A stretch of DNA of 64,000 bases from Mycobacteriales bacterium. Lineage in GTDB: Bacteria; Actinomycetota; Actinomycetes; Mycobacteriales; SCTD01. The notes below the pieces were generated by a model. It did not search any database and was not told the DNA's origin. It saw only the letters and a program-made list of their open reading frames with translations. Position numbers and translations under genes: made by a program. Each line of letters opens with the position of its first letter. The stretch's first letter is position 1. The DNA is taken from the NCBI GenBank assembly GCA_038235705.1, contig JBBSTR010000004.1, positions 133 through 64,132 of the forward strand. The letters run 5' to 3'. Shown piece after piece: positions 1 through 10,035 of this stretch.

Positions 1-392
1 CGACCTCCCGGCCCGACCTGCACCCCGACCCGGCGCCCCTGCCCGACGGCGCAGACGGCCAGCTCTGGTGGCAAGACCCCGGCAACACCGACCCCAGCCT
101 GCACGCCGACCTGCACCACCGGCTCACCACCGACGCCGCCCGCACCGCCAGCACCAAGAAGGCCCAGCGCGCGGCCGCACACACCCGGCACAACCAAGCC
201 GCTCAGCGTGACGCCGACGCCAGCGCCGACCCCTGGTACGCCGCCGCACCCCTCGATACCGACGAAACGTCCCTCGTCGTACCTCCATTCTTTAGCCCGC
301 GGGGTGCCAGTCAGGGCCACGAGCCGAGGACCGCGGGGGTTTGCGCACCCACCTGGGGTGCGGCGGGAACACCGACCGTCGGGAAGCCCTAA
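1..392 (+). CDS. 3' end of a gene entering the window; possibly the C-terminal tail of a DUF222/HNH endonuclease-type protein
   Basis: Frame 3 is open from the window edge to TAA at 390-392 with GC-rich third positions. It is Pro/Asp/Ala-rich and contains ...SLVVPPF, which resembles the PPF terminus of actinobacterial DUF222-HNH proteins. No catalytic motif is visible. Confidence 0.4.
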   Translation, partial: TSRPDLHPDPAPLPDGADGQLWWQDPGNTDPSLHADLHHRLTTDAARTASTKKAQRAAAHTRHNQAAQRDADASADPWYAAAPLDTDETSLVVPPFFSPRGASQGHEPRTAGVCAPTWGAAGTPTVGKP

Positions 393-455
393 GACTGCGG
401 GCACGCGGTCGCGGTGCGTCGACGGAGAGCCCGGGGTGGGTGCTCACGCACCCGC
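333..455. repeat. Short dispersed element with imperfect terminal inverted repeats (copy 1)
   Basis: GCGGGGGTTTGCGCACCC (333-350) and GGGTGCTCACGCACCCGC (438-455) are 14/18 complementary. TTGCGCACCCACCTG (341-355) is identical to the reverse complement of 55456-55470. Confidence 0.65.
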
Positions 456-469
456 GCTCGCCGCGAGCC

Positions 470-3400
470 TCACGTCGCCAGGGCGTCGATCGCCTGGTAA
501 ACCCGCTTCTCCGAGACCGGGCCGCGGGTGCGGATGGACTGGGCGAACAGTGACAGCCGTAGTTCCTCGAGCATCCACCGCACCTCGTCACGGCCGGGGC
601 TGGCCGGCAGGCGGCGCCACTCGTCGGCCACCTGCTCGAAGCGGGCCTGCTCGCGCCGGTCACGGACCGGGTCGGAGACCAGCTTGTCCAGACGGACGCC
701 GATCCCCTTCACCCAGCGCCGCAGGTCGGTCAGGCGGGCTGCGCCGACCTCGCTGACGAAGCCGGGCGGCAGCAGCGCGTCGAGCTGGGCCCGCATGTCG
801 TCGACCGAGCCGGCCAGCGGCGGGCGGCGTTCGTCGTCGAGGCGGCCGCGGACGGTCTGGGCCTCGGCGAGCACCGGCAGGACCTGGGCGACGAGGTCGG
901 CGACCGCTGTCGGCAGCTGCCCCCGCACGGACGAGAGCAGCGCGTCGAAGCCAGCCTGGTCCCTCGGGACCGAGGTCATCAGGTTGTCGGCGGCGGCCCG
1001 GAGGCAGTCGTCCAGCAGCGCGCCGACCGACCCGTGCGGGCTGGCAGCGAGGGCGAGCTTGTCTCGTACGGTCAAGCGGTCGGCCGTGGCCCGTAGCGGC
1101 GACGGGACGTTGAGCAGGAGCAGCCGGCGTACGCCGGTGCGGTGCGAAGCGGCCTGCTTGCCAGGGTTGGTGAGCACCCGGAGCGCGACGGTGCGGCCCT
1201 CGTCGACCAACGCCGGATAGCCGATCACGTCCCCCGTACGCACCTGCTCGGGCAAGGTCCCGACCGTCCACGCGGTGAGACCGGTCTGCTCCAGCCCGGC
1301 AGCCGCCTGGGTGACCGCCTCCTGCACCCGGAGCCCCAGCCGAGCCTTCAAGGCGTCGAGGTCCTTGCCGTCGGCGACCGTCTCGGTGCCGGCGAACACG
1401 CGGAACGTCAGGCGGAGGTGGTCCGGGACGCGCGCGAGGTCGATGTCGTCGGCGCGTACGTCGACCCGGGTCAGCGCGTGCGCCTCGTCGGCGAAGGCGG
1501 TGAGCAGCGAGCCGGACCGCGGCTCGAGCCGGGCCAGGACGGCGCGGGCCGTGTCCGGAGCAGGGACCAGCTTGACGCGCAGCGGCTTCGGGAGCGCTTT
1601 GATCAAAGCAGTGACCAGCTCTTGCCGCAGCCCGGGCACCTGCCAGTCGAAACCCTGGGACGAGAGCCGGTTCAGCACCGGGAGCGGCACGTGCACCGTC
1701 ACCCCGTCGTCGACGGCGCCCGGGTCGAAAACGTACGTCAGAGCCAGCCGCAGCTCGCCCTGCACCCAGGTGTCGGGGTAGTCCCCCGGCTGCACGTCCG
1801 CGCCCTCGTGCAGGAGCATCGGCAGCGTCATGGTGAGCAGGTCGGGCCGTACGTGCTTCTCCTTCTTCCACCACGCCTCCAGGTGCGCGCCGGAGACGAT
1901 GTCGGCGGGCAGGCGCGCGTCGTAGAAGGCGAAGACGTCGGCGTCGCCCACCACGAGGTCGCGGCGACGGGCGCGCTGCTCCAGCTCGCCGACGTCGGCG
2001 AGCAGGCGGCGGTTGTCGGCGAGGAAGCTGTGGTGTGTCTTCCAGTCCCCCTCGACCAGCGCGTGCTGGATGAGAATCTCGCGGGTCGCGACCGGGTCGA
2101 CCCTGGAGTAGTCGACCCGTCGGCCGACCACGAGCGGCAAGCCGTACAGGGTGACCCGCTCGCTGGCCTGCACGTTCCCGCGCTTGCTGTTCCAGTGCGG
2201 CTCGCTGTAGCTGCGCACGACCAGGTCGCCGGCCAGCTGCTCGACCCACTCCGGCTGGATCTTGGCGAGCATCCGGCCCCAGAGCCGGTTCGTCTCGACC
2301 AGCTCACCGGCGACGACCCAACGTGGCGGCTTCTTGGCGACGACCGACTCGCGGGTGACGGCGAACCGGGCGCCACGCGTGCCGAGGTAGTCACGGGCCG
2401 CCTCGTCACGCAGCCCGACGTGGCTGAGCATCCCGGCGAGCACGGCCTGGTGGACCGTGTCGTCGGTGGCCCGCCCGGAGCCGGCGGTCATCCCGAGCCG
2501 ACGGGCCGAGCGCTGCAGCTGGTGGTGCAGGTCCTGCCACTCGCGCACCCGCAGGTGGTTGATGAGCTCAGCCTTGCAGCTGCGTCGGAACGCGCTGCTG
2601 CCCATCACCTGCTGCTGCTCGCGCAGGTGCTCCCACAGGTTGAGCAGGGTGAGGAAGTCCGAGGTCTCGTCCTTGAACCGGTTGTGCAGCTCGGTCGCCT
2701 TCTGGGCCTGCTCCTGCGGCCGCTCGCGGACGTCCTGGATCGATAGCGCCGAGGCGAGCACGAACAGCTCCCGCAGGCAGCCGAGCCGGTCGGCCTCGAC
2801 GAGCATCCGGGCGAGCCGGGGGTCGACCGGCAGCTCGGCCAGCCTGCGACCGACCGGGGTGAGCCGGCCGTCCTTCACGGCACCGAGCTCGGTCAGCAGC
2901 GCGACACCGTCACGGACGTTGCGCGACTCGGGCGGCGACAGGAACGGGAAGTTCGCCACCTCGCCGAGCCCGAGCGAGGTCATCGAGAGGATGACGCTGG
3001 CGAGGTTCGTACGCAGGATCTCGGGCTCGGTGAACGCCGGCCGCGCCTCGAAGTCCTCCTCGCTGTACAGCCGGATCGCCACGCCCGCCGCGACGCGCCC
3101 GCACCGGCCCGAGCGCTGGGTCGCGGACGCCTGGCTGATCGCCTCGATCGGCAGCCGCTGCACCTTGGTGCGCTGGCTGTAGCGGGAGATCCGCGCGGTG
3201 CCGGGGTCGACGACGTAACGGATGCCCGGCACGGTCAGCGAGGTCTCGGCGACGTTCGTCGCCAGCACGACCCGTCGGCCACGGTGCGGGGCGAACACCT
3301 TGTGCTGCTCGGCGGCCGACAGCCGGGCGTAGAGCGGCAGCACCTCCAGAGCTGGCTCGGCGTTGCGCAAGGCTTCGGCCGCGTCGCGGATCTCGCGCTC

Positions 3401-4255
3401 TCCCGACAGGAACACCAGCACGTCGCCGGGCGGCTCGTGGCTCAGCTCGTCGACGGCAGCGACGATCGCCGAGACCTGGTCGGTGTCGGGATTGTCACGG
3501 TCGTCAACCCGCGGGCGGTAGCGGACCTCGACCGGGTAGGTACGACCGCTCACCTCGATCACCGGCACGAACGCACCCAGGTGCTCAGAGAAGTGGTCGG
3601 CGAACCGCTGCGGGTCGATCGTCGCCGACGTGATGACGAGCTTCAGGTCCGGCCGGCGCGGCAGCAGCCTGGTGAGGTAGCCGAGCAGGTAGTCGATGGT
3701 CAGGCTGCGCTCGTGCGCCTCGTCGACGATCAGTGTGTCGTAGGCGAGCAGGTCGGGGTCGCGGGCGATCTCGGCGAGCAGGATGCCGTCGGTCATGACT
3801 TTCACGTAGGTGCCGAGCGAGACCTGGTCGTGGAAGCGGACGGTGTAGCCGACGTCCTCCCCCAGCGGGCTGCCGAGCTCCTCGGCGACCCGCTCCGCGA
3901 CGGCGCGGGCGGCGATCCGGCGAGGCTGCGTGTGACCGATCATCCCCCGTACGCCGCGGCGCGCCTCCAGGCAGATCTTCGGCAGCTGGGTGGTCTTGCC
4001 GGACCCGGTCTCGCCGGCCAGGACGACGACCTGGTGCTGCCGCAGCGCGTCGGCGATCTCCGCGCGTCGCTCCGACACCGGCAGGTGCTCCGGATAGGTG
4101 ATCGTCGGGACCGCTGCACGACGAGCATGGACCCGCGCCTCGGCCTCCACGATCTCGGCCTCGACCCCGGGCCGACTGAGCCGTCGGGACAGTCGCTTCT
4201 CGTCGCGGAGCGAGATCCCGGTCAACCGGTCCCGCAGGTCTGCTGTCGCCTCCAT
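470..4255 (-). CDS. hrpA: ATP-dependent DEAH-box RNA helicase HrpA
   Basis: [39 protein letters not shown] and QRSGRCGR motifs; typical C-terminus [14 protein letters not shown]; start trimmed to ATG at 4255. Confidence 0.97.
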   Translation of the reverse strand: MEATADLRDRLTGISLRDEKRLSRRLSRPGVEAEIVEAEARVHARRAAVPTITYPEHLPVSERRAEIADALRQHQVVVLAGETGSGKTTQLPKICLEARRGVRGMIGHTQPRRIAARAVAERVAEELGSPLGEDVGYTVRFHDQVSLGTYVKVMTDGILLAEIARDPDLLAYDTLIVDEAHERSLTIDYLLGYLTRLLPRRPDLKLVITSATIDPQRFADHFSEHLGAFVPVIEVSGRTYPVEVRYRPRVDDRDNPDTDQVSAIVAAVDELSHEPPGDVLVFLSGEREIRDAAEALRNAEPALEVLPLYARLSAAEQHKVFAPHRGRRVVLATNVAETSLTVPGIRYVVDPGTARISRYSQRTKVQRLPIEAISQASATQRSGRCGRVAAGVAIRLYSEEDFEARPAFTEPEILRTNLASVILSMTSLGLGEVANFPFLSPPESRNVRDGVALLTELGAVKDGRLTPVGRRLAELPVDPRLARMLVEADRLGCLRELFVLASALSIQDVRERPQEQAQKATELHNRFKDETSDFLTLLNLWEHLREQQQVMGSSAFRRSCKAELINHLRVREWQDLHHQLQRSARRLGMTAGSGRATDDTVHQAVLAGMLSHVGLRDEAARDYLGTRGARFAVTRESVVAKKPPRWVVAGELVETNRLWGRMLAKIQPEWVEQLAGDLVVRSYSEPHWNSKRGNVQASERVTLYGLPLVVGRRVDYSRVDPVATREILIQHALVEGDWKTHHSFLADNRRLLADVGELEQRARRRDLVVGDADVFAFYDARLPADIVSGAHLEAWWKKEKHVRPDLLTMTLPMLLHEGADVQPGDYPDTWVQGELRLALTYVFDPGAVDDGVTVHVPLPVLNRLSSQGFDWQVPGLRQELVTALIKALPKPLRVKLVPAPDTARAVLARLEPRSGSLLTAFADEAHALTRVDVRADDIDLARVPDHLRLTFRVFAGTETVADGKDLDALKARLGLRVQEAVTQAAAGLEQTGLTAWTVGTLPEQVRTGDVIGYPALVDEGRTVALRVLTNPGKQAASHRTGVRRLLLLNVPSPLRATADRLTVRDKLALAASPHGSVGALLDDCLRAAADNLMTSVPRDQAGFDALLSSVRGQLPTAVADLVAQVLPVLAEAQTVRGRLDDERRPPLAGSVDDMRAQLDALLPPGFVSEVGAARLTDLRRWVKGIGVRLDKLVSDPVRDRREQARFEQVADEWRRLPASPGRDEVRWMLEELRLSLFAQSIRTRGPVSEKRVYQAIDALAT

Positions 4256-4338
4256 GTCCCGTCCATTCTCGCGCAGCCGCGCCCGGATGCCCAACGGATA
4301 GGGCACGCTCGTGCCACACCCGACCCAAGGAGCTCTTC

Positions 4339-5064
4339 GTGCTGGGACTGCCCGACGGCGTCACCGCCTGTCTGTTCGACCTGGACGGGGTGCTCACCGA
4401 CACCGCGTCGGTCCACAACACGGCCTGGACGAAGACGTTCGACGCGTTCCTCGAGGACCGGGACGGCGCGGGCTTCACGCCGTTCGACCCGGACGTCGAC
4501 TACCCCCGCTACGTCGACGGCAAGAAGCGCGAGGACGGGGTGCGCAGCTTTCTGGCGAGCCGGGACATCGAGCTGCCGGACGGCTCACCGGACGACGAGC
4601 CGGGATCGGCGAGCGTCTACGGGATCGGGAACGCGAAGAACGCGCGGCTGCTCGAAGTCATCGATCGCGACGGGGTGACCGTGTTCGAGGGCAGCCGGCG
4701 CTACCTGCAGGCAGCGAAGGAGGCCGGCCTGCGGATCGCCGTCGTCTCCAGCAGCGCCAACACCGAGCAGGTGCTCCGCGTCACCGGGCTGGACGTCTAC
4801 GTAGAGGTGCGCGTCGACGGCGTGGTCGCTCGGAAGGAGGGCTTGGCCGGCAAGCCCGAGCCAGACACCTTCCTCCGTGCTGCAGGACTGCTGGGTGTCG
4901 AGGCCGCCCAGGCGGCCGTCTTCGAGGACGCGCTCGTCGGCGTCGAGGCCGGTCGGGCAGGAACGTTCGGTCACGTCGTCGGCGTGGACCGGATCGGCCA
5001 GGCAGCGGCTCTGACGCAGCACGGCGCGGACGTCGTCGTGACCGACCTCGACCAGCTGCTGTGA
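4339..5064 (+). CDS. Beta-phosphoglucomutase-family HAD hydrolase
   Basis: [23 protein letters not shown] and VFED motifs; GTGA overlap with the GH65 gene. Confidence 0.92.
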   Translation: MLGLPDGVTACLFDLDGVLTDTASVHNTAWTKTFDAFLEDRDGAGFTPFDPDVDYPRYVDGKKREDGVRSFLASRDIELPDGSPDDEPGSASVYGIGNAKNARLLEVIDRDGVTVFEGSRRYLQAAKEAGLRIAVVSSSANTEQVLRVTGLDVYVEVRVDGVVARKEGLAGKPEPDTFLRAAGLLGVEAAQAAVFEDALVGVEAGRAGTFGHVVGVDRIGQAAALTQHGADVVVTDLDQLL

Positions 5065-7424
5065 CCGGCGAGGCGCGCTACCCGGTCGAGGAGTGGCAGG
5101 TCCGGGAGCCGGAGCTGGACCTCGACCCGGTCGCCATGGGTCAGTCCGAGTCGATCTTTGCGCTGTCCAACGGCCACATCGGCCTTCGAGGCAACCTCGA
5201 CGAGGGTGAGCCCCGCGAGGTGCCCGGTACCTACCTCAACTCGTTCTACGAGCAGCGGCCCCTGCCCTACGCCGAAGCCGGCTACGGCTATCCCGAGGAA
5301 GGCCAGACGATCGTGGGTGTCACCAGCGGCAAGGTCCTGCGCCTGCTGGTGGACGACGAGCCGTTCGACGTGCGCTACGGCGAGCTGAACGCCCACGAGC
5401 GGGTGCTCGATCTGCGGGGCGGCACGCTGCGCCGGACCGCCGACTGGACCAGCCCTGCAGGCCACCGGGTGCGCGTCACCTCGACCCGCATGGTCTCCTT
5501 CACGCACCGCTCCGTCGCCGCGATCCGCTACCAGGTCACGGCCGTGGACGAGGCCGTCCGGATCATCCTGCAGAGCGAGCTGGTCGCCAACGCGAAGATG
5601 CCTGCGCAGAGCGCAGACCCGCGCGTCGCCGCGGCGCTCGACCGTCCGCTCGTCGGGTTGCTGGCCGACGCCGAGCAGCACGGCGCCCTGCTCGTGCACC
5701 GCACCCGCCTCAGCGGGTTGACGATGGCCGCCGGGATGGATCACCTCATCGTGTGCGACGGGCGCTTCAGTGAGGAGACCGACGTGCGGGAGGACTGGGC
5801 GCGCACCACCGTCGCGACCCGCCTCGAGCCCGGGCAGACCCTCGAGGTCGTCAAGTTCCTGGCGTACGGATGGAGCTCGAAGCGTTCCGGCGAGGCCCTT
5901 CGCGACCAGGCGGCTGCCGCGCTGCACGGCGCGCGATACGACGGGTGGGAGGGCCTGCTGCAGGCGCAGCGCCGTTACCTCGACGACTACTGGGACGCGG
6001 CCGACGTCGAGGTCGAGGGCGACCCGGTGCTGCAGCAGGCCGTCCGGTTCGGACTGTTCCACGTGCTGCAAGCCGGCGCACGCGCCGAGCGCCGCGCGCT
6101 GCCGGCCAAGGGCCTGACCGGGCCGGGCTACGACGGCCACGCGTTCTGGGACACCGAGGGCTTCGTGCTCCCCGTGCTCACCTACACGATTCCCCAGGCC
6201 GCCGCTGACGCGCTGCGCTGGCGGCACTCGATCCTCGACCTCGCCAAGACGCGCGCCCAGACCCTCGGCCTGGCGGGCGCCGCCTTCCCGTGGCGCACCA
6301 TCCGCGGTCAGGAGACCAGCGCCTACTGGCCGGCCGGGACGGCCGCGTTCCACCTCAACGCCGTCATCGCCTACGCCGTCGAGCGCTATCGCCTGGTCAC
6401 CGGCTCGACCGAGCTCGAGCGGGAGATCGGCGTCGAGCTGCTCGTCGAGACCGCCCGGCTCTGGGCCTCGCTCGGTCACCACTGCAAGAACGGGCACTGG
6501 CACGTCGACGGCGTGACCGGGCCGGACGAGTACAGCGCGGTCGCCGACGACAACGTGTTCACCAACCTCATGGCCGCGCGCAACCTGAGGGCCGCGGTGG
6601 CGGCCTGCGGTCGACAGCCCGATCTCGTCGACGGGCTGTCGGTGACAGCGGACGAGCTGGACGCGTGGACCGCCGCTGCCGACGCGGTCTTCGTGCCGTA
6701 CGACGACACGCTCGGTGTGCACCCCAACGCCGAGGGCTACACCGATTACGCGGTCTGGCCGTTTGAGGAGTTCCGTGGCCGCTACCCGCTGATGCTGCAC
6801 GCTCCGTACGTCCAGCTCTACCGCAAGCAGGTGCTCAAGCAGGTCGACCTGGTGCTGGCGATGCACTGGTGCCCGGAGGCGTTCGACGACGAGCAGGTGG
6901 CCCGCAACGTCGACTACTACGAGAAGATCACCGTCCGTGACAGCTCGCTGTCGGCGTGCACGCAGTCGATCATGTGCGCCCAGGTCGGCCACCTCGAGCT
7001 GGCGCACGACTACGCCCACGAGGCGGCGCTGGTCGACCTGCGAAACCTGCACCACAACACCCGCGACGGGCTGCACCTGGCCTCGCTCGCCGGGTCCTGG
7101 TCCACGCTGGTCGAAGGGTTCGGCGGTCTGCGCGAGCAGGGCGAGACGTTGTCGCTGGACCCACGGCTCCCCCGTGACGTCTCACGGCTGACGTTCCGGC
7201 TCCGGCGGGCCGGGATGCGCCTGCTCGTCGAGGTCGACCATGAACAGGTCCGGTGCACGCTGCGCGACGGCGAGGACGGCGAGCTCACCCTTCGGCTCTG
7301 CGGCGAAGACGTCAGGGTCACGACGGCCGGACCGGTCACCCGTCCGCTCCGGGTGATCGAGCCGCTGCTCCCCGAGCCGACACAGCCACCTGGGCGACGG
7401 CCCGCGACGCGCGACCTCGGCTGA
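5061..7424 (+). CDS. Glycoside hydrolase family 65 (trehalose/maltose/kojibiose phosphorylase-like)
   Basis: [44 protein letters not shown] and DSSLS motifs; GTG start at 5061. Confidence 0.93.
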   Translation: MTGEARYPVEEWQVREPELDLDPVAMGQSESIFALSNGHIGLRGNLDEGEPREVPGTYLNSFYEQRPLPYAEAGYGYPEEGQTIVGVTSGKVLRLLVDDEPFDVRYGELNAHERVLDLRGGTLRRTADWTSPAGHRVRVTSTRMVSFTHRSVAAIRYQVTAVDEAVRIILQSELVANAKMPAQSADPRVAAALDRPLVGLLADAEQHGALLVHRTRLSGLTMAAGMDHLIVCDGRFSEETDVREDWARTTVATRLEPGQTLEVVKFLAYGWSSKRSGEALRDQAAAALHGARYDGWEGLLQAQRRYLDDYWDAADVEVEGDPVLQQAVRFGLFHVLQAGARAERRALPAKGLTGPGYDGHAFWDTEGFVLPVLTYTIPQAAADALRWRHSILDLAKTRAQTLGLAGAAFPWRTIRGQETSAYWPAGTAAFHLNAVIAYAVERYRLVTGSTELEREIGVELLVETARLWASLGHHCKNGHWHVDGVTGPDEYSAVADDNVFTNLMAARNLRAAVAACGRQPDLVDGLSVTADELDAWTAAADAVFVPYDDTLGVHPNAEGYTDYAVWPFEEFRGRYPLMLHAPYVQLYRKQVLKQVDLVLAMHWCPEAFDDEQVARNVDYYEKITVRDSSLSACTQSIMCAQVGHLELAHDYAHEAALVDLRNLHHNTRDGLHLASLAGSWSTLVEGFGGLREQGETLSLDPRLPRDVSRLTFRLRRAGMRLLVEVDHEQVRCTLRDGEDGELTLRLCGEDVRVTTAGPVTRPLRVIEPLLPEPTQPPGRRPATRDLG

Positions 7425-7428
7425 CCGG

Positions 7429-7884
7429 GTGCCGGTGCGCAGCGCCGGGCTGCTCCTGTGGCGCGACGGCGAGGCTGGGCGTGAGGTGCTGCTCGGCCAC
7501 CCGGGAGGACCGTTGTTCGCCCGCAAGGACGACGGGGTGTGGAGCATCCCGAAGGGCGAGCACGGTCCGCAGGAGCCGGCTCTGACGGCGGCCTACCGCG
7601 AGTTCGCGGAGGAGCTCGGCCACAGCGCCCCCGGCGGTGCGTCGATCCCGCTCGGCGAGGTGCGGCTACGCAGCGGCAAGATCGTCCAGGTCTGGGCCCT
7701 GGAGGGCACCCTCGACGTGTCGAAGATCGTGAGCAGCCCGTTCGAGATGGTCTGGCCCCCTCGGTCGGGGCGGGTCCAGGTCTTCCCGGAGCTGGACCGA
7801 GCCGCCTGGTTCGACGTGCCGGCGGCGTACGCGAAGCTGAGCGCCGGCCAGCGGCCGTTCCTGGACCGGCTCACCGCCCTCTGA
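7429..7884 (+). CDS. NUDIX hydrolase
   Basis: HPGGP..ARKDDGVWSIPKGE...AAYREFAEELG Nudix box; WPPRSG..FPELDRA. Confidence 0.9.
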   Translation: MPVRSAGLLLWRDGEAGREVLLGHPGGPLFARKDDGVWSIPKGEHGPQEPALTAAYREFAEELGHSAPGGASIPLGEVRLRSGKIVQVWALEGTLDVSKIVSSPFEMVWPPRSGRVQVFPELDRAAWFDVPAAYAKLSAGQRPFLDRLTAL

Positions 7885-7894
7885 CACGGCGCCC

Positions 7895-8845
7895 TCAGCC
7901 GGACAGCGCGTCTCCGAGGGCTCGGTGCACCGACGCTCCGGCTCGCCTCAGCCCGTCGGTCCCCGCACCGGGGAGGTCGGGCAGGACCACCCGCAGCGCC
8001 ACCTGCTGTCGCGCACACCGGCGGGTCAGACCCTCCAGGACCGAGAGCGCGACCGTCCCGACGTGCTCGGCGCGGGTCAGGTCGACCACGAGGACGTCAT
8101 GGGGGGCCAGCTCGGCGACAGCCGCCACGAGCTCCGCGGTGAACAAGGGCGCGGCACACACGTCGAGCTCGCCGGTGATCGCCACGAGCGACAGCCCCGG
8201 GACCGACTCCCGGGCGCTCTGGACCCGAGGGCGGAGTGCCGGGGGCTCGGGCGGTCGATCCTCCATCGCGGCGAACGCGATCGCGTCCAGGTCACGGCGC
8301 TGTTCGGGCATCAGCGAGCCCGACGTGGCGAGCCGCTCGGTCAGACGTTCGGCGAGCAGGCGCAGCTTTACGCCCGAGCGCTGCGACGCCCAGCTGAGAA
8401 CGCTGAACGCCTCCGGCTCTGCGACGCCGTAGACCAGCCTCACCGCGCCGATGGCCTGGTCGATCGGGGACCGCGCGGCGATCGCCCCGGCCACCGCCTC
8501 GGCGCGGGAGTGCGCGCTCCGGCGCGCGTTCTCGTCGGTCACGTCCACCATCTGGAGCGTCAGGTCCTGATCGCAGGCCCGGCCTGTCAGCACGACCGCC
8601 CGCTGCTGACCCTTCGCGGCGACGAGCGTCAACGAACCTCCGACGAGTCCTCGACGGTCGGGGTCCAGCAGACGGGCGGCCAGGTCTCGGCTGTCGGGGT
8701 GCACGTGCGTGAGAAGCAGCGCCGCGGTGGCCGGCACCTCGCCCACCCGGTACCCGAGGATCTGATAGACCTCGTCGGTCCAGGTCCACACCCCGTCCGC
8801 ATCACGGGTCAGCCCGCCGACGGTGGCGGGACGGGGCATCGACAT
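7895..8845 (-). CDS. PAS-ANTAR-STAS signalling protein
   Basis: PAS_3-like WTWTDEVYQILGY...HVHPDS; ANTAR-like IDQAIG...AFSVLSWASQRSGVKL; STAS-like ITGELDVCAAP...VVDLT. Confidence 0.75.
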   Translation of the reverse strand: MSMPRPATVGGLTRDADGVWTWTDEVYQILGYRVGEVPATAALLLTHVHPDSRDLAARLLDPDRRGLVGGSLTLVAAKGQQRAVVLTGRACDQDLTLQMVDVTDENARRSAHSRAEAVAGAIAARSPIDQAIGAVRLVYGVAEPEAFSVLSWASQRSGVKLRLLAERLTERLATSGSLMPEQRRDLDAIAFAAMEDRPPEPPALRPRVQSARESVPGLSLVAITGELDVCAAPLFTAELVAAVAELAPHDVLVVDLTRAEHVGTVALSVLEGLTRRCARQQVALRVVLPDLPGAGTDGLRRAGASVHRALGDALSG

Positions 8846-8934
8846 CTCAGCCGCTCAGACCATGACGCTGTCGTGCTCGCCGCGTGTGAGTGCCCACGTG
8901 CCGTCACTCCCCGTGTGCCGACTGCCGAACCGGC

Positions 8935-9975
8935 TCATCGGAAACGATCCGGGGCTCCTTCGGTCCCCGGGTCCCGGAGGACTCTGCCCTGCGCCACCAG
9001 CACCTCCAGGTGCGCTGCCGTCTCGAGCACCGCAAGCATGGTGTTGAACGGGTCGAGGTCGGGCAGCCGGTGCAGCCGCCTGGTCCAGGTGAGTCGCCCC
9101 GCTGCCTCATGCGCCGTGAACCCCTGGCCCGTGACGACCGTCAACGTCTCAGCGAGACGCCGGTCGTGGTGCTCCAGCAGCTCATCGACGCGGGCGTGCA
9201 CGCTCGGTGCTACCGGACCGTGTGCCGGGAGCAGCCGTGCGTCCGGACGTGTCCGGACCAGGGCCAGCGAGCTCAGGAAGTCGCGCAGGGGCGACGCGGA
9301 GGGCACCGGCTCGAAGCCGATGGACGGGGTGATGAACGGGAGCACGTGGTCACCGGCGAAGAGCAGCTCGGCCGCCTCGTCGTGGAACACCAGGTGGCCG
9401 CTCGTGTGACCCGGCGTCGCGACCGCGGTGAGCACGCGACCGCCGTCCAGGGGCACAGGCCCTTCGGTGAGCCACTGGTCCGGCATCGCCCACAGACCCG
9501 GGTCCGGCGGGCGGGTCCCGGCCCAACCGGCGACCAGGTCCGCGAGATCACCGGCACCGCACCGCCGCAGCGCGACGACCTGCGTGTCCAGCCCGGCGTG
9601 GCCCGGACCGTTCAGCAGCTCCAGTGTCGGGCGCTCCCCGGCGCCGAGCCCGACAGTGGCCCCCGTACGACCGCGCAGCGCGACCGCCTGGGTGTAGTGG
9701 TCGCGGTGCACATGCGTCACCAGGAAACGTCGGATGTCTCCCAGGCCGGCCCCGAGCCGGGCCAGGCCTTCGGCGAGTCGCTGCTCGGACTCAGGGAGCG
9801 ACCACCCGCCGTCCACCAGCACGAGCCCGTCCGAGGTCTCCAGCACGTAGACGTTGACGGCCCGCAGACCGTCCTGCGGCAACGGGAGCGGCACCCGGTG
9901 CACCCCCGGAGCGACCGGCTCGGTCACCGGTTCGGTCCAGGCCAGGCGGTCAGGGCTGCTTCGGGGCGAGGTCAC
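8935..9975 (-). CDS. Metallo-beta-lactamase-fold hydrolase
   Basis: THVHRDH, TPGHTSGH, AGDH and PAHG motifs. Confidence 0.9.
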   Translation of the reverse strand: MTSPRSSPDRLAWTEPVTEPVAPGVHRVPLPLPQDGLRAVNVYVLETSDGLVLVDGGWSLPESEQRLAEGLARLGAGLGDIRRFLVTHVHRDHYTQAVALRGRTGATVGLGAGERPTLELLNGPGHAGLDTQVVALRRCGAGDLADLVAGWAGTRPPDPGLWAMPDQWLTEGPVPLDGGRVLTAVATPGHTSGHLVFHDEAAELLFAGDHVLPFITPSIGFEPVPSASPLRDFLSSLALVRTRPDARLLPAHGPVAPSVHARVDELLEHHDRRLAETLTVVTGQGFTAHEAAGRLTWTRRLHRLPDLDPFNTMLAVLETAAHLEVLVAQGRVLRDPGTEGAPDRFR

Positions 9976-10035
9976 GCTGCAGTCCTACCCTGCCGCGCTG
10001 CCCCGCCGCCCGCGGCGAGCCGCAACACTGTCTCT

